Part shown: positions 26,396 to 35,513 of the stretch, piece by piece
How positions within the stretch are numbered: the first letter of the stretch is position 1
Layout: each line of letters opens with the position of its first letter
Origin: a virus
Reading direction: 5' to 3' (one strand)
DNA: 64,000 bases
Virus record (IMG/VR): IMGVR_UViG_3300042807_000094
Position numbers and translations under genes: made by a program
Notes under the pieces: model-generated
Told to the model about the DNA's origin: nothing
Database searches by the model: none
Seen by the model: only the letters and a program-made list of their open reading frames with translations

Positions 26396-28831
26396 TCAGT
26401 CAGTTATTCCTATGCCTTTTCCTCTGGCATACAGTTCTTTGTTTGGAGTTGAGCTTGGAGCGCCAGTAGCTTGATGAATACCAGAAATGTTTGTAATATA
26501 TTTGCCCGACTCCACAGACCACGTTATCTTGTTGACGAAATAATATCCACCAAGACCCATAATGTTTGCATAAGAACGATCTTGATTTGGAAGCCCCAAA
26601 CCAGAACCCATTCCAGTTGGTATCAAATAGAAATATGTACCAGCTAAAAATAAAGTATTACCATATGTTTCCATATCTACATTGTACAAAGATGCTAGTT
26701 GCAGGACCGGATCGAATGATTTCCCCTGTGCTGCTATCCTTTCTTCTCTCTTGTATGGTAATGGTGTTTTCTTAAAAGATACTTTCTTAACGATACCTCT
26801 ATCTCTACCCATATAAATATGAGCAATACCTCTTGATCTATCAGATTCATATTGACCCCTCAGAACGGAAGGATCATATGTGTCTTGGTATATCATCAAG
26901 TAGAAGAAGTAGTTATTTGGATTAGAGCCAATAGAGTTAGATTTCAAGAACTTACTTGCCCCAATCGAATCAACCTTAACTGTATCCCCAGAAGGTGTAA
27001 GTAAATCTACCTTTGGAGTATTAGAATAAACAGCAAGATTGATATACTTTAAGTTAACATTCTGCTTCAATGATCTATTGGCAATATATGAGCGATCTAG
27101 GAATACGTCCTTTACTAGATCATTTAACATATCTCTAATAAAATCATCGATGGTATAGTCTAGATTCCTAGTGGTCACAATCTTGTTATAGAAGAAGATC
27201 GTAAACTTTCGTAGAGATATAGGAACGTGTGCAAGATTTAATCTTATTGGATCACCTGTACAATAATCTATAACTTCAATATCACTTAGAATAAGTTTGA
27301 CTCTTTTTGAGAACTCGCCACCGAACTTCCTTATGAGAGTGTCGGCGTCAGAAGTCTTAGGGTTGAAAGCTCTAAGCATCAGAACCTCTAACAAATCACC
27401 AAGGTAAAACCATGATAAGTTAAAGTACTCGCGACCTTCAGCATCCTTCACGATAGGATTAGCTTTGAACTCTTCAATCGTAAGAGTTTCGTTCGGAGCC
27501 TGAATAGGTGTGAAACAAGGATAACTTATCTCACCGTCTATGACTTCTTCTACCGCCCAAGGAAGAGAACAAAAGTCAATCGGTGTGATAGACTCTATTG
27601 TTTGACCGGTCGCAGGATCTGATTGTCCATAAGCTGCCGGATCTGCTCCTGTAGTAGTGCTATTACTGGTTGCGTTGTCAAGCCTACCACCAAAGTACGC
27701 AAACTGATCAACAGCGGCTCTAGAAAGAACTGTTTGATAGACTTTACTACGTCTAGTACCAGACCCCGGTGGTTCCATTAGTTCTTTGATAATCGATTCC
27801 ATTGCATCTTTAGAAAGAGTAGTTTGCAAAAGTTGCAGATTTCCTCTTAGTCTTTCTATCTGTGCTTTACCCGCTTCACCTTTCTCAGCCTCGGCAGCAA
27901 TCTGTTTTGATATTGCATCAAGAGCATCTTTCTGCTCTCCAGTTAATATGATACCAGATCTAACGTCGCGACCAATAACGTCAAAAGCACCGATGTAGTT
28001 AATGCTCAAAGTTAAAGTACCATCTTCGTTTATGTTAATATCGTGATCAACCAAGTAAAGGAAGAATGAAATCTTAGATCTTTGAATAGCTGAGATAGTG
28101 GCAGCATCAGTTTTCTTATCAAATGCAGAGTTGGCAGTTATTTGCCCGATTGACCATCCAACTTCTGCTCTGATCCTGAACAGATATGGATCAGATATGA
28201 TAGAAGGCCGACCATTTGATTTGGCTGTTGCATCCGGTGCGCTAACTGATTTAACATCTCCAGATATCGCGGGTGGATGCACAATAAGATCTAAGAAACT
28301 GTATTTACCACGAGACTTTACAAACTGATCAAATGATTGAAAGTATAGAACCATTCTAGCGGTAAACTGCTTATCAGCAGTATAGAAAGTTGTACCTTGT
28401 GATTCAATCTCAAAAGACTGTATGCCATAGCCGCCGCGGCCTATATCGTCTAATACTTGGCTAGTATCAAGATAAGCAGGAAATATAAACTCTACTTCTT
28501 CTTGTACGTCTTGATTTGGTGCATACTTTTGTTTGAATATTCTTATCTGTGGTACAAGTTCAGATGTTTGTGCAGGAGTAAGATTCAATAAAGCTTCTTT
28601 TCTGAAGTAGTCAGCGTTCAAAAGCCTATTAAGCAGCGCAACATTTGGTCCTTTGAGAAGATCTAACTTTTCATAAGCTGTTTCTTCTTCGTGCCTTTTG
28701 TTATGCAACTCAGCTAACTTACGAAGATTATGAATCAAAAACGCCTGCTCATCAAATGTAGCAAGCTTGAGTGTTTCTCTAGTTGGCGTTACCGGACTAG
28801 TTGGATATGGATCTAGCAATGGATCAGTCAT
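26396..28831 (-). CDS. Putative baseplate hub protein (gp27/late control D-like)
   Basis: C-terminal VDMETYGNTLF..GTYFYL...GGYYFVNKITWSV...YITNISG; follows LysM and tube-like genes. Confidence 0.55.
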   Translation of the reverse strand: MTDPLLDPYPTSPVTPTRETLKLATFDEQAFLIHNLRKLAELHNKRHEEETAYEKLDLLKGPNVALLNRLLNADYFRKEALLNLTPAQTSELVPQIRIFKQKYAPNQDVQEEVEFIFPAYLDTSQVLDDIGRGGYGIQSFEIESQGTTFYTADKQFTARMVLYFQSFDQFVKSRGKYSFLDLIVHPPAISGDVKSVSAPDATAKSNGRPSIISDPYLFRIRAEVGWSIGQITANSAFDKKTDAATISAIQRSKISFFLYLVDHDININEDGTLTLSINYIGAFDVIGRDVRSGIILTGEQKDALDAISKQIAAEAEKGEAGKAQIERLRGNLQLLQTTLSKDAMESIIKELMEPPGSGTRRSKVYQTVLSRAAVDQFAYFGGRLDNATSNSTTTGADPAAYGQSDPATGQTIESITPIDFCSLPWAVEEVIDGEISYPCFTPIQAPNETLTIEEFKANPIVKDAEGREYFNLSWFYLGDLLEVLMLRAFNPKTSDADTLIRKFGGEFSKRVKLILSDIEVIDYCTGDPIRLNLAHVPISLRKFTIFFYNKIVTTRNLDYTIDDFIRDMLNDLVKDVFLDRSYIANRSLKQNVNLKYINLAVYSNTPKVDLLTPSGDTVKVDSIGASKFLKSNSIGSNPNNYFFYLMIYQDTYDPSVLRGQYESDRSRGIAHIYMGRDRGIVKKVSFKKTPLPYKREERIAAQGKSFDPVLQLASLYNVDMETYGNTLFLAGTYFYLIPTGMGSGLGLPNQDRSYANIMGLGGYYFVNKITWSVESGKYITNISGIHQATGAPSSTPNKELYARGKGIGITD

Positions 28832-29172
28832 TATCTTGCCCTGTTGTACGCCGCTAGGACTCTTTCAAATGGAGTAGGGATTATCACAACATCACCCAAC
28901 AGGAAATGACTCTCAGTAGGCTTCTGGTTGTACCAAGCAATAAGCCACCAGTAGCTTGGATCACCATAATACTTTTCGGATAGCTTCCACAATCTATCAC
29001 CTTGTGTCCAAACATGCTGAACTCTTGTGAGAGTCAAGCCGTCTTCGAACCCAACAGGTGGTATAGTTGGAGTTAGGTATTGATCTATGTATTTAAGATC
29101 TTTTGATTGCAGGATATCAGAATATGTTATTTCCTGATTTCTTGCTACTGTTCTACCGTCGTAACGTGACAT
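28831..29172 (-). CDS. LysM-domain baseplate protein (tail X-like)
   Basis: HVWTQGDRLWKLSEKYYGDPSYWWLIAWYN. Confidence 0.8.
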   Translation of the reverse strand: MSRYDGRTVARNQEITYSDILQSKDLKYIDQYLTPTIPPVGFEDGLTLTRVQHVWTQGDRLWKLSEKYYGDPSYWWLIAWYNQKPTESHFLLGDVVIIPTPFERVLAAYNRAR

Positions 29173-29189
29173 ATCTTGCTCCTACTATA

Positions 29190-30107
29190 TTATTTAGTTG
29201 CTGATCTAAGAACTTGTTGTTCGTCAAGCTGCTCATCCTCAGAGGATACCTCTCTTGAATCGTCAGCTTCATTGGTACTATTTTTAAGTTTTTCTAGTTC
29301 TGCGGCTTTAGCTCTTGTTTTATCAGTATCGATTACAAATCCGTCTTTAAGATATATTGTTGCTCCAGACGCTTTCAATCTTTCGAACTCCTCATTTGAC
29401 ATAGCATTTGTATTGTTATTCTCCAAGCCGCTAGCTGTATTTCGGTCTTCAGAACCATTTGAGATGGTCGAGGTTGCTGTGTCATTAATAGTGTTGATTG
29501 TGGAGCCTGTATTTCCGGTTTTATCTTCTGCGTAGGGATTAACAGGACTACCCTCAACAGGAAACTTCGTTGGACTTTCTTCGTGGATAACATCGAAGGA
29601 AATAGATAGATTTAGAACTTTAGGATAGAGTACTTGGAATGGATCGAAGAAACCAGCGTCTATTACAGGTGAGACAGAAACGGTAGATATTCTTCCCAAA
29701 AGATTACCGCTTCCGATCCCGTCTGGCCCTTTACCTATCAGATTTGCAAACTTGATTCTAATGAGTGGACTATCATCTATAATGTTAGCCCTACCATCTA
29801 CTAGCTGATATGCTGGATATAGAAATCTTGTTAGGTTCCTAACGGAAGCTAAGTTAAACTCTCCCTCTGTTTCGTCGGCACTAGGAATATCAATCGAAAA
29901 GCTTATTGTTCTAGTTGTCTGTTGAAACATGTAGATAGGATCAGTTCTACCATAAATCTTATCAGGACTCCAGTTGGAACTATATGAATCATCAAATGAA
30001 GTAAGAAACGCAGCAAAACTTACTTGTTTTCCGGTTGGGACATGTGTAAAAGTGATACTGTATCCTTTCTCGCTAGAGTAGGTCTTTATTGGAGCATCGA
30101 TGTACAT
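29190..30107 (-). CDS. Tail tube initiator / baseplate tube-like protein, paralog 2
   Basis: SFAAFLTSFDDSYSSNW...GRTDPIYMFQQTTRTISF. Confidence 0.65.
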   Translation of the reverse strand: MYIDAPIKTYSSEKGYSITFTHVPTGKQVSFAAFLTSFDDSYSSNWSPDKIYGRTDPIYMFQQTTRTISFSIDIPSADETEGEFNLASVRNLTRFLYPAYQLVDGRANIIDDSPLIRIKFANLIGKGPDGIGSGNLLGRISTVSVSPVIDAGFFDPFQVLYPKVLNLSISFDVIHEESPTKFPVEGSPVNPYAEDKTGNTGSTINTINDTATSTISNGSEDRNTASGLENNNTNAMSNEEFERLKASGATIYLKDGFVIDTDKTRAKAAELEKLKNSTNEADDSREVSSEDEQLDEQQVLRSATK

Positions 30108-31132
30108 TAGTAACCTCCAGAGCCTTGTGGGTTTTTACCACTTAAAATGTCCTGAACACTATAGCTATCTCCCGGCTGTCTTGCGTTTGGAGGAATCTCT
30201 TCTTCATCAAGGAAGCTTAGATCGGGACTTTGTTCCTCTTCATCTACAATCCTAGTAGACGCTGAAGTTCCTGCTGGTACCGATTCTGTATCGAGAGGAC
30301 GACCAATAATCTGTGTTGGTTCGTCAAATGTTACTTCAGTTACAGGTGTTGGGCTTGGAGCGGTAGCAACATTTGGAATAGATGCCTCTAGAGGAACCTC
30401 TGGTTTACTGACAGTCGTATTTGCAACAGCAAGTCCAGAAGTAGCAGAACCGTTCTTAGAACCAGCCGGAACCGTAGAAGTTGTTGTTGGCTGAACGGCA
30501 GTAGCGGTTTGTTTTGCGGTATCGGCAGGAGATACTTTCTTTTCTTCTTCTTTAATGACTTTCTGCACAACTTGGTCCCATTCACCGGGATTTCTTTCGT
30601 GAATAACATCAAAAGTTAGATTTAATGTCAACACTTTAGGATACAACATTTGGCCGGGGTCAAAATACCCAGCGTCATTATTGGGAGTAACGCCAGCACC
30701 ATTAAGCTTTCCCAACAATCCTCTAGGACCAAGACCATCTATATTTGTACCAATGAGATTGGCAAACTTGATCCTCACCAATGGAGCCTTGGAAATCGTT
30801 GTTGCGTTATAGTTGTTTTGATAAGTTGGATATAAGAACTTAGTAAGTTCTCTAACATTGCTTAGATTTTGTTTTGCTTCATTCTCGTCTGCGCTTGGAA
30901 CGTCAACAGTTAACGATATTGTTCTGCTGGTTTGCTGGAATGTGTAGATAGGATCCATCCGTCCAAACACAGATGTTGTATTCCAATCTGAACTAAACTT
31001 ATCTTCGAAAGCAGTCAAGAATGCTGGAAATGATACCGTCTTATCAGTTGGCACATGACTGATGTGGATGACATAATCTTTTTGCTTAACATACGCGACC
31101 AATGGGCCGCTATCGTAGCTACCTTTTGTCAT
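30107..31132 (-). CDS. Tail tube initiator / baseplate tube-like protein, paralog 1
   Basis: SFPAFLTAFEDKFSSDW...GRMDPIYTFQQTSRTISL; directly after tape measure. Confidence 0.65.
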   Translation of the reverse strand: MTKGSYDSGPLVAYVKQKDYVIHISHVPTDKTVSFPAFLTAFEDKFSSDWNTTSVFGRMDPIYTFQQTSRTISLTVDVPSADENEAKQNLSNVRELTKFLYPTYQNNYNATTISKAPLVRIKFANLIGTNIDGLGPRGLLGKLNGAGVTPNNDAGYFDPGQMLYPKVLTLNLTFDVIHERNPGEWDQVVQKVIKEEEKKVSPADTAKQTATAVQPTTTSTVPAGSKNGSATSGLAVANTTVSKPEVPLEASIPNVATAPSPTPVTEVTFDEPTQIIGRPLDTESVPAGTSASTRIVDEEEQSPDLSFLDEEEIPPNARQPGDSYSVQDILSGKNPQGSGGY

Positions 31133-31143
31133 AAATCACTCCA

Positions 31144-33405
31144 TCACTTGAAAGGATTTAGATTGTCAACGATGACTTGCTTAACGAAAGCTGTCAACTC
31201 TCTACCACCGAGTTCGACCTTCAATGTGATGTTTGGAGAACTGCCTGCGCCAGTACCCATAGCTTGCTTCAGAGCAAGCGTAAGAGGCTCTACCAAGTGA
31301 GTTGCGCCGTTCTCTAGTGGAATGATAGCTTCACGACCAGCCTCGCCAATAGTGGCATTTGTGACCGGTTTTGTTACGATACCACCAGCGGCCATTGCGG
31401 GACCGGCTTGAGATTGTTGGTAATCTTTGTAAGTAGCTCCACCAGCGGACATGGCTCTATCGTAATCCCTTTTAGCGAGATAAGCATCGATTCCGATTCC
31501 ACCACCAAGTGCAGCGGCGGCTATTGGCGCTCCGACGCCAGTTACTGCAAGACCTTCTATAAGACTAAGAACACCCGATACTCCTTCTAAACCTGCACCA
31601 AAAACATCGCCTTCCGAAGCTCTGCTGAGTGCCATACCACCCGCCACTAAAGCACCAGTTACTGGGATCCTCTTACCAGCAAGTTTACCGGCACCTTTAG
31701 CAGCTTCTTTGACCGCAACCTCAGTCCCTGCTTCTGCTACTTCGGCACCAGCTTTCTGAATAGCAGAAATGCTTTTAGCTGTTTGTGCTGTTTTAAGAGC
31801 AGCTTTTGTTCCATCGGCAGTAACATTCCTTAAGTTTGCTCCTTGATCATTAGCTACTTTTAGTGCCTCACTCATAACATTGGCTGCTTTTTCCATAGAG
31901 CTAGCTGCTAATGCCATTTGTTTTGCTATAGCTGCTTGTCGCTCTTCAATGGTCATCGATGCGTCAGCATCATCTTCTAAAGATTTAGTTGTTTCTTTAG
32001 AACCTTCTAAGACAGCATTGATTGAATCTGCTGTATCCAACATGCCGGAATCGAGTTGTCCAAAAATAGTTCTTAACTTCTCAACATCACCATTGATTCC
32101 CGGTATCGAAGTAGCGAAAGCTTGCAACTCTCTTCTGGTCATGCTGTTAACCGATTTACCAGAAGCATCGAAAGCTTCTTTGATTTTCATGATTGCTTCG
32201 GCAGGATCTTCTGTGTTGATCATATCAACAGTGTTCAAGAATGGACCACCCAACAAAGCGTTCAACTTGCCAACCGATTCGGCTGCACCTTCAAACTGAT
32301 CGAAGCCTAATGCTATTTGTTGTAGATCTTCGATAGACGCACCGGTCTTTCTAGCAACCGTTTCCATCCTACGGAAGATCTTTTCATAGTTGCTGCCAAA
32401 CTGAGCTAGGTAACTTCTAACTTTAGAGAAATCGTTCATAACTGATTTGGTACTTTTACCAATAGCAGTTGCAAACTTTCGCATTTCTACCATGTTCTCT
32501 TGAGCGCCTTCGGTAGAATCACCGAATGCCTTAGTCATGGATTGAATAGTTTCAGCATATTCTTCATTTGATACGCCGAGTTTTGCCAACAAAGCTGAAT
32601 CGCGAACTAAACTATCTCGCTGTTGAGCGGACATATCGACAAAATCAGAAACTCCAACATTGAGAGATTCTACTGCTAATGCTGTTTCTTCATAGCCTAT
32701 ATTGAATTTTCTCAGCGATTCTTCAGAGGCTAGAGCTGTTTTAGCTAATGTATTACCAAACTGGCCATAGTCTTTTCTAAACTGACTATTCACAGTATTG
32801 ACAGTTACCATCAACTTATAAGATTCTTGACCCATTGTTGATAGCAATGATGTAGCTATCTTTATAGGATTGAGTGAGGATTTTATACCAGAGGTAAATC
32901 CTTTCATAGAAATCTTGCCCTTTGCAAGACTACCTACAAAATCCTCTAACTTATTATCTGTAACGCCGATTGCGTTACCAAATGTAGAACCGATCTGACT
33001 TCCAAGTTCGAACGAGTTCGACAAAGAGTCAGCAGCTTCACTTGCTTCTCTTAGCTTTTTTCTATGCTCGGCAAGGAGTTCGTTTATCTCTTCTAAAGTT
33101 CTACCAGTGTCAACACCTGCTTTGTTGAGATCCCTTTCGGTCTTGAGGCGTTGCATCTCAAGTTCTATTAACTTGGTTTCTGCGGCGCCGCGTTCAGCAA
33201 TGTTCAGATTATTCTTTTTTAGTTCTTCGTTGTAATCTTCTAAAGCTTCTCTTTGCTGTTCGAACTGTTCTGCCAAAGAACCAGCTTGTTCACCACGTTT
33301 GGTAGCTTCCTGTATTTGAGCAAGATTCTCGGCAATACTTTTCCCGAGAGCGCCTATATCTATGCTCCCAACTGTTCCACTGGTGCTGCCTGTTCGTTTA
33401 GCCAT
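31144..33405 (-). CDS. Tape measure protein
   Basis: 753 aa, Ala/Gly-rich helical, position after tail chaperones and before baseplate genes. Confidence 0.75.
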   Translation of the reverse strand: MAKRTGSTSGTVGSIDIGALGKSIAENLAQIQEATKRGEQAGSLAEQFEQQREALEDYNEELKKNNLNIAERGAAETKLIELEMQRLKTERDLNKAGVDTGRTLEEINELLAEHRKKLREASEAADSLSNSFELGSQIGSTFGNAIGVTDNKLEDFVGSLAKGKISMKGFTSGIKSSLNPIKIATSLLSTMGQESYKLMVTVNTVNSQFRKDYGQFGNTLAKTALASEESLRKFNIGYEETALAVESLNVGVSDFVDMSAQQRDSLVRDSALLAKLGVSNEEYAETIQSMTKAFGDSTEGAQENMVEMRKFATAIGKSTKSVMNDFSKVRSYLAQFGSNYEKIFRRMETVARKTGASIEDLQQIALGFDQFEGAAESVGKLNALLGGPFLNTVDMINTEDPAEAIMKIKEAFDASGKSVNSMTRRELQAFATSIPGINGDVEKLRTIFGQLDSGMLDTADSINAVLEGSKETTKSLEDDADASMTIEERQAAIAKQMALAASSMEKAANVMSEALKVANDQGANLRNVTADGTKAALKTAQTAKSISAIQKAGAEVAEAGTEVAVKEAAKGAGKLAGKRIPVTGALVAGGMALSRASEGDVFGAGLEGVSGVLSLIEGLAVTGVGAPIAAAALGGGIGIDAYLAKRDYDRAMSAGGATYKDYQQSQAGPAMAAGGIVTKPVTNATIGEAGREAIIPLENGATHLVEPLTLALKQAMGTGAGSSPNITLKVELGGRELTAFVKQVIVDNLNPFK

Positions 33406-33422
33406 TTATGGTTGTTCCTAAA

Positions 33423-33761
33423 TCAGTTTTTGAATGGCCACGGAAGACCAGTACGAGATTCAAATCGATTGATTGCAGATTGCAATACATTTTTTGTCTT
33501 ATATGTAACTGGATTATCTAATCCATAGCGATGTGCATCAGCCATATAACGACGTTCCAAACCCATAGCAGAGATCAAAGCTGCAAGCTCGTCACGGGAT
33601 CCTGCAAGTCTGAATGGGAGTTCCAACCCCCTACCACCATATGTTGCTTTCATCAAAGCACTTGTCCACCAACTCATTGCATCGGACAGAGCTTCATTCA
33701 GTTCGGTTTTGAACATCTTCTTGACTTTCTCAAGATCAATCACATTTTCTTGATCGGACAT
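33423..33761 (-). CDS. Hypothetical protein
   Basis: GAGG RBS; preceded by ACTATTTA at 33776-33783. Confidence 0.7.
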   Translation of the reverse strand: MSDQENVIDLEKVKKMFKTELNEALSDAMSWWTSALMKATYGGRGLELPFRLAGSRDELAALISAMGLERRYMADAHRYGLDNPVTYKTKNVLQSAINRFESRTGLPWPFKN

Positions 33762-33775
33762 GGTTCACCTCTATG

Positions 33776-33814
33776 TAAATAGTTGAAAGCAAAAAAGACC
33801 GCCCGAAGGCGGTC
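33776..33814 (-). terminator. Intrinsic terminator GACCGCC-TTCG-GGCGGTC-T6 (33791-33814) followed by ACTATTTA motif
   Basis: UUCG tetraloop stem with U-tract. Confidence 0.85.
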
Positions 33815-33821
33815 ATTAAGT

Positions 33822-34020
33822 TCATCTACTTGTCTTTGTTCTTGTTTTCTTTGTCGCTTCTGCTTCTTTGTGAAACTGTTTGGACAACCTATCCAAGAAC
33901 CAACGTCGAATATTTATCGGAAGATTATAGGATTCAAAAACTGAGAATCCTCCATGATATTTAAGCTGGAAGATTTCCTCGTAAACCCCTTGGATGTACT
34001 TAGGCGTCAGGCCAAAAAAA
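33822..34020 (-). CDS. Tail assembly chaperone extension, probably reached by frameshift
   Basis: FFGLTPKYIQGVYEEIFQLKYHGGFS...LPINIRRWFL; no Met after the overlap with the upstream gene. Confidence 0.55.
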
Positions 34021-34833
34021 CTTGACACCAATCGGTACCTCCACGACCGATTTACTATCACAACTATCACAAGACAAATCGAACCTTAGATCTGTACTAG
34101 GAGTCACTTGCCTGATTGCCTTTCTCAAGTAACGTGAGTCGAACGCTGGCATATTAACAACAAATGCATTTACTACTGCAATATCGCTGTTGCCATCGAT
34201 GGTCAAGACTAGATTCTTTAGCTGATCTGTTACTTGCGAGCCAACTTGAGCGTTCTTATCCTGAACATTGGCGTTCTTCTCATCGTAGCCTGTTACAAGC
34301 CTAAACTCGATTAACTTACCGCTCTTTGGAAGTCGGACCAAACAAGAACCACGTTCGGAAATCTTAATATCTTCTCCGAGAACTGGATCATCGAAACTAA
34401 ACGTTCCAAGATCATGAACGATATCATGCTTCTTATCACATACTGGACAAACAACAGTTGCTTCATAATCGCTGCCATATGCAGTTGCGCGAGCAGCAAT
34501 AAAGATAGCATTACGGTCACAAACCAGAAGCGATGAAGGATCTATATTACGATCAATAATCAAGCTTTGGATTAAACGATCAAGGACAATGCCTTTCTTA
34601 ATGAGAGCTTCCGAGGTAAGAATGTCTTCCTCTTTAGCTGTCATATGTTTGATTTCGATAGAGTCTTTGCGATGCAACGGGTGGCTTGGTGGATAGAATA
34701 AGCCACGGGATGGTAAATCAACAAACTCTGTGGGAACTGAAATACTAATATGTGTTTGTGGAAACTCGCTCACTGGTTCAACGCTAAAAGCAGGCTGTTG
34801 AGCGCCCAGCCTGCTTTGATTATTTCTAGACAA
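34000..34833 (-). CDS. Tail assembly chaperone / baseplate hub assembly protein (T4 gp26-like)
   Basis: VDLPSRGLFYP, MTAKEEDIL, AYGSDY, CPVC and CDSC, ends KFFWPDA; located between tube and tape measure. Confidence 0.7.
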   Translation of the reverse strand: MSRNNQSRLGAQQPAFSVEPVSEFPQTHISISVPTEFVDLPSRGLFYPPSHPLHRKDSIEIKHMTAKEEDILTSEALIKKGIVLDRLIQSLIIDRNIDPSSLLVCDRNAIFIAARATAYGSDYEATVVCPVCDKKHDIVHDLGTFSFDDPVLGEDIKISERGSCLVRLPKSGKLIEFRLVTGYDEKNANVQDKNAQVGSQVTDQLKNLVLTIDGNSDIAVVNAFVVNMPAFDSRYLRKAIRQVTPSTDLRFDLSCDSCDSKSVVEVPIGVKFFWPDA

Positions 34834-34854
34834 AAAAACCTCTCAAGTATTAGA

Positions 34855-35469
34855 TTATCTACCGCTTAGATCGAAGAAGCTGTTTCTAACTGATTGGAAG
34901 TTACTTGTAACGTTTGTAGGTTGACCGGAGATATCTACGGTAGAACCGTTAGGAACGAAACATGTAGCCCAATCGTACTTCAATGTTAGAGTAACGTTAG
35001 AAAGCTCTTCGTTGTCGTAGGAGAGTTCACCAATATCAACATCAGTAATGAAGGCGTTCTTCAAGGTCCACTCTTCTAGAATGTCTTGGTCGCCTTCAGA
35101 GCCGATTTGCTTGATAACAACACCCTTCAAGGCACCAACAGCACGGGCCTTTGACATGGTGGAGAGATCATTGACATCCTTTGGAGGATGGTAGCCAGCA
35201 TTCTGGATAATGGCCATAGTATTGGCAACTGCATCTGGCTCAACTGGATCGACTAGAGTAACTGTGATATCTTGCCATTCAACCTTACCGGGGTAATGGA
35301 ATGTATGGTTCAAGAACACATGTGATGTTGAAGTAACACTGAACTTTGGTTTGGTTGCTGACTTAGCGTACCAAGTAGCAGCACCGGGATAAGCCAATAG
35401 TTGAACTGTAAATCTATAGTTCCTCTTTGGATCTCTAAGGGTAGCGTCTGTCCAGAAAGCATTTGCCAT
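34855..35469 (-). CDS. Tail tube protein (gp19-like)
   Basis: PKRNYRF, YPGKVEWQDITVTLVD, EEWTLKNAF, ELSYD; follows sheath. Confidence 0.85.
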   Translation of the reverse strand: MANAFWTDATLRDPKRNYRFTVQLLAYPGAATWYAKSATKPKFSVTSTSHVFLNHTFHYPGKVEWQDITVTLVDPVEPDAVANTMAIIQNAGYHPPKDVNDLSTMSKARAVGALKGVVIKQIGSEGDQDILEEWTLKNAFITDVDIGELSYDNEELSNVTLTLKYDWATCFVPNGSTVDISGQPTNVTSNFQSVRNSFFDLSGR

Positions 35470-35492
35470 TATATGATTCTCCTATTCTATAG

Positions 35493-35500
35493 TAAGTAGT
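35493..35500 (-). promoter_or_regulatory. Putative late promoter motif ACTACTTA
   Basis: 23 nt upstream of tube ATG. Confidence 0.6.
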
Positions 35501-35513
35501 ATCAACTTATTTT

